Of a stretch of 64,000 nucleotides of DNA, positions 62,567 through 64,000 are shown piece by piece; the stretch's first letter is position 1, and the number at the start of each line of letters is the position of its first letter. The stretch lies in the NCBI RefSeq assembly GCF_001194135.2, contig NC_068994.1, forward strand, positions 38,324,290 to 38,388,289, given 5' to 3'. The notes beneath the pieces are model-generated. The model was not told where the DNA came from, searched no databases, and saw only the letters and a program-made list of their open reading frames with translations. The position numbers and the translations under genes were made by a program. The stretch comes from Octopus bimaculoides. Lineage: Eukaryota.

Positions 62567-62717
62567 CTGACAGTTCCTCATAGTGTCCAGCACTACCGAC
62601 ACTCCAACCATGACCACTATCAGTGTAAGATGACAATGTTGACATCTCACTGAATTGGTCAGGATTGTTTAGTTCTCTGTAACCTGGAGACATACTTTCT
62701 TCTCGGGGAATAAACAT
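62567..62717 (-). CDS. Pcdh: Pcdh gene A exon 3 (151 nt); its large exon lies beyond the right edge of the window
   Basis: tatttatag|ATGTTTATTCCC acceptor and TCAG|gtaagt donor. Sequence at 63560-64000 matches gene B intron 2 (55345-55640) close to its donor. Confidence 0.88.
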
Positions 62718-64000
62718 CTATAAATATAAATCCAATGGATCATCATGATGTTCTGGACATTCAAATGAAGAAAAACATTTCAAAAATTTAGACAATTTTA
62801 AGGAACCTTCATTTTGGATGTTAATTTCTAATCTTTCTGTACTCTAAAATCTAAACTTTCTGAAATCTACAAATCAATTGCTAGAAAGTTGACCTCAAAA
62901 CATCAGTAAGAATATTGGAAGCAATTTTCAGTATATCTTATTTACTCTATCTCCAGGATATCTATATNNNNNNNNNNNNNNNNNNNNNNNNNNNNNNNNN
63001 NNNNNNNNNNNNNNNNNNNNNNNNNNNNNNNNNNNNNNNNNNNNNNNNNNNNNNNNNNNNNNNNNNNNNNNNNNNNNNNNNNNNNNNNNNNNNNNNNNNN
63101 NNNNNNNNNNNNNNNNNNNNNNNNNNNNNNNNNNNNNNNNNNNNNNNNNNNNNNNNNNNNNNNNNNNNNNNNNNNNNNNNNNNNNNNNNNNNNNNNNNNN
63201 NNNNNNNNNNNNNNNNNNNNNNNNNNNNNNNNNNNNNNNNNNNNNNNNNNNNNNNNNNNNNNNNNNNNNNNNNNNNNNNNNNNNNNNNNNNNNNNNNNNN
63301 NNNNNNNNNNNNNNNNNNNNNNNNNNNNNNNNNNNNNNNNNNNNNNNNNNNNNNNNNNNNNNNNNNNNNNNNNNNNNNNNNNNNNNNNNNNNNNNNNNNN
63401 NNNNNNNNNNNNNNNNNNNNNNNNNNNNNNNNNNNNNNNNNNNNNNNNNNNNNNNNNNNNNNNNNNNNNNNNNNNNNNNNNNNNNNNNNNNNNNNNNNNN
63501 NNNNNNNNNNNNNNNNNNNNNNNNNNNNNNNNNNNNNNNNNNNNNNNNNNNNNNNNNNNNNNCCTCCAACCATAAAGATTTGTTACTTCTTAATTTCTTA
63601 TGCAGCATTCACATGATGTTTTTCTAGGAATACCCAAAATTGAAAAGAATGCAAGAATACATTTGGAAAAGATAGATGAACGATAAGGAGAATGATTTAA
63701 ATGTAAAATAGTGAGAGTGGTCATCATCATCTTTTAATATCAGCTCTCCATGCTCACATTGGATGGACAGTATGACAGGGGTTAGCTTGCTTGAGAGCTG
63801 TCCATGCTCCATCTCTCAATTTTTGCATAGTGTCTATGAAGGGACGCCCATCCTAACATCAATCATGGCACCCAACATGGGAACTTTTATGTGGATCCTC
63901 TATAGGCAATCTTACATGGCACCTGCAAAGGTGTATTTACATGGAACTAAAATGATTGCTCTGAAATATGTATAAAGTATTTATATTTCATGCAAGAACA

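Noticed and set aside
19808-62717. Vertebrate-style variable exons spliced to shared constant exons
   Set aside because: Every large exon is followed by its own exon 3, and in A-E its own terminal exon, so these are full-gene duplicates within this window.

Overview
AT-rich eukaryotic DNA, most likely an octopus/coleoid cephalopod. That assignment is inferred from the protocadherin type, the SINE/RTE repeats and the microsatellite load. The right two-thirds (about 19.8-64 kb) is a head-to-tail tandem array of six protocadherin (Pcdh) genes on the minus strand with a 9-10 kb period. They are labelled here A to F from right to left, and A is only partly in the window. Each complete unit has a conserved promoter block (AP-1, ETS and CCAAT-like motifs) and a short non-coding first exon. 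It then has one large exon (signal peptide, 6 cadherin repeats, TM helix, juxtamembrane tail), a 141-151 nt exon 3 and its own proline-rich terminal exon. These are full-gene duplicates, not variable exons sharing a constant region. The paralogs are mosaics: EC1-EC4 are divergent, EC5-EC6-TM are almost identical, and the nearest relative changes along each gene. All five ectodomains have lost the canonical Ca2+-binding motifs at the EC3-EC4 junction. Gene F has a 10-nt deletion that changes the phase of its exon 3 donor, and it appears to end in a short tail. The left third (1-19.8 kb) is mostly transposon debris (Penelope-like, RTE LINEs, SINEs, a Helitron) plus the probable last exon of gene F. 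Four of the five large exons contain N-gaps, so those proteins are only partly readable. All identities quoted were read by eye.
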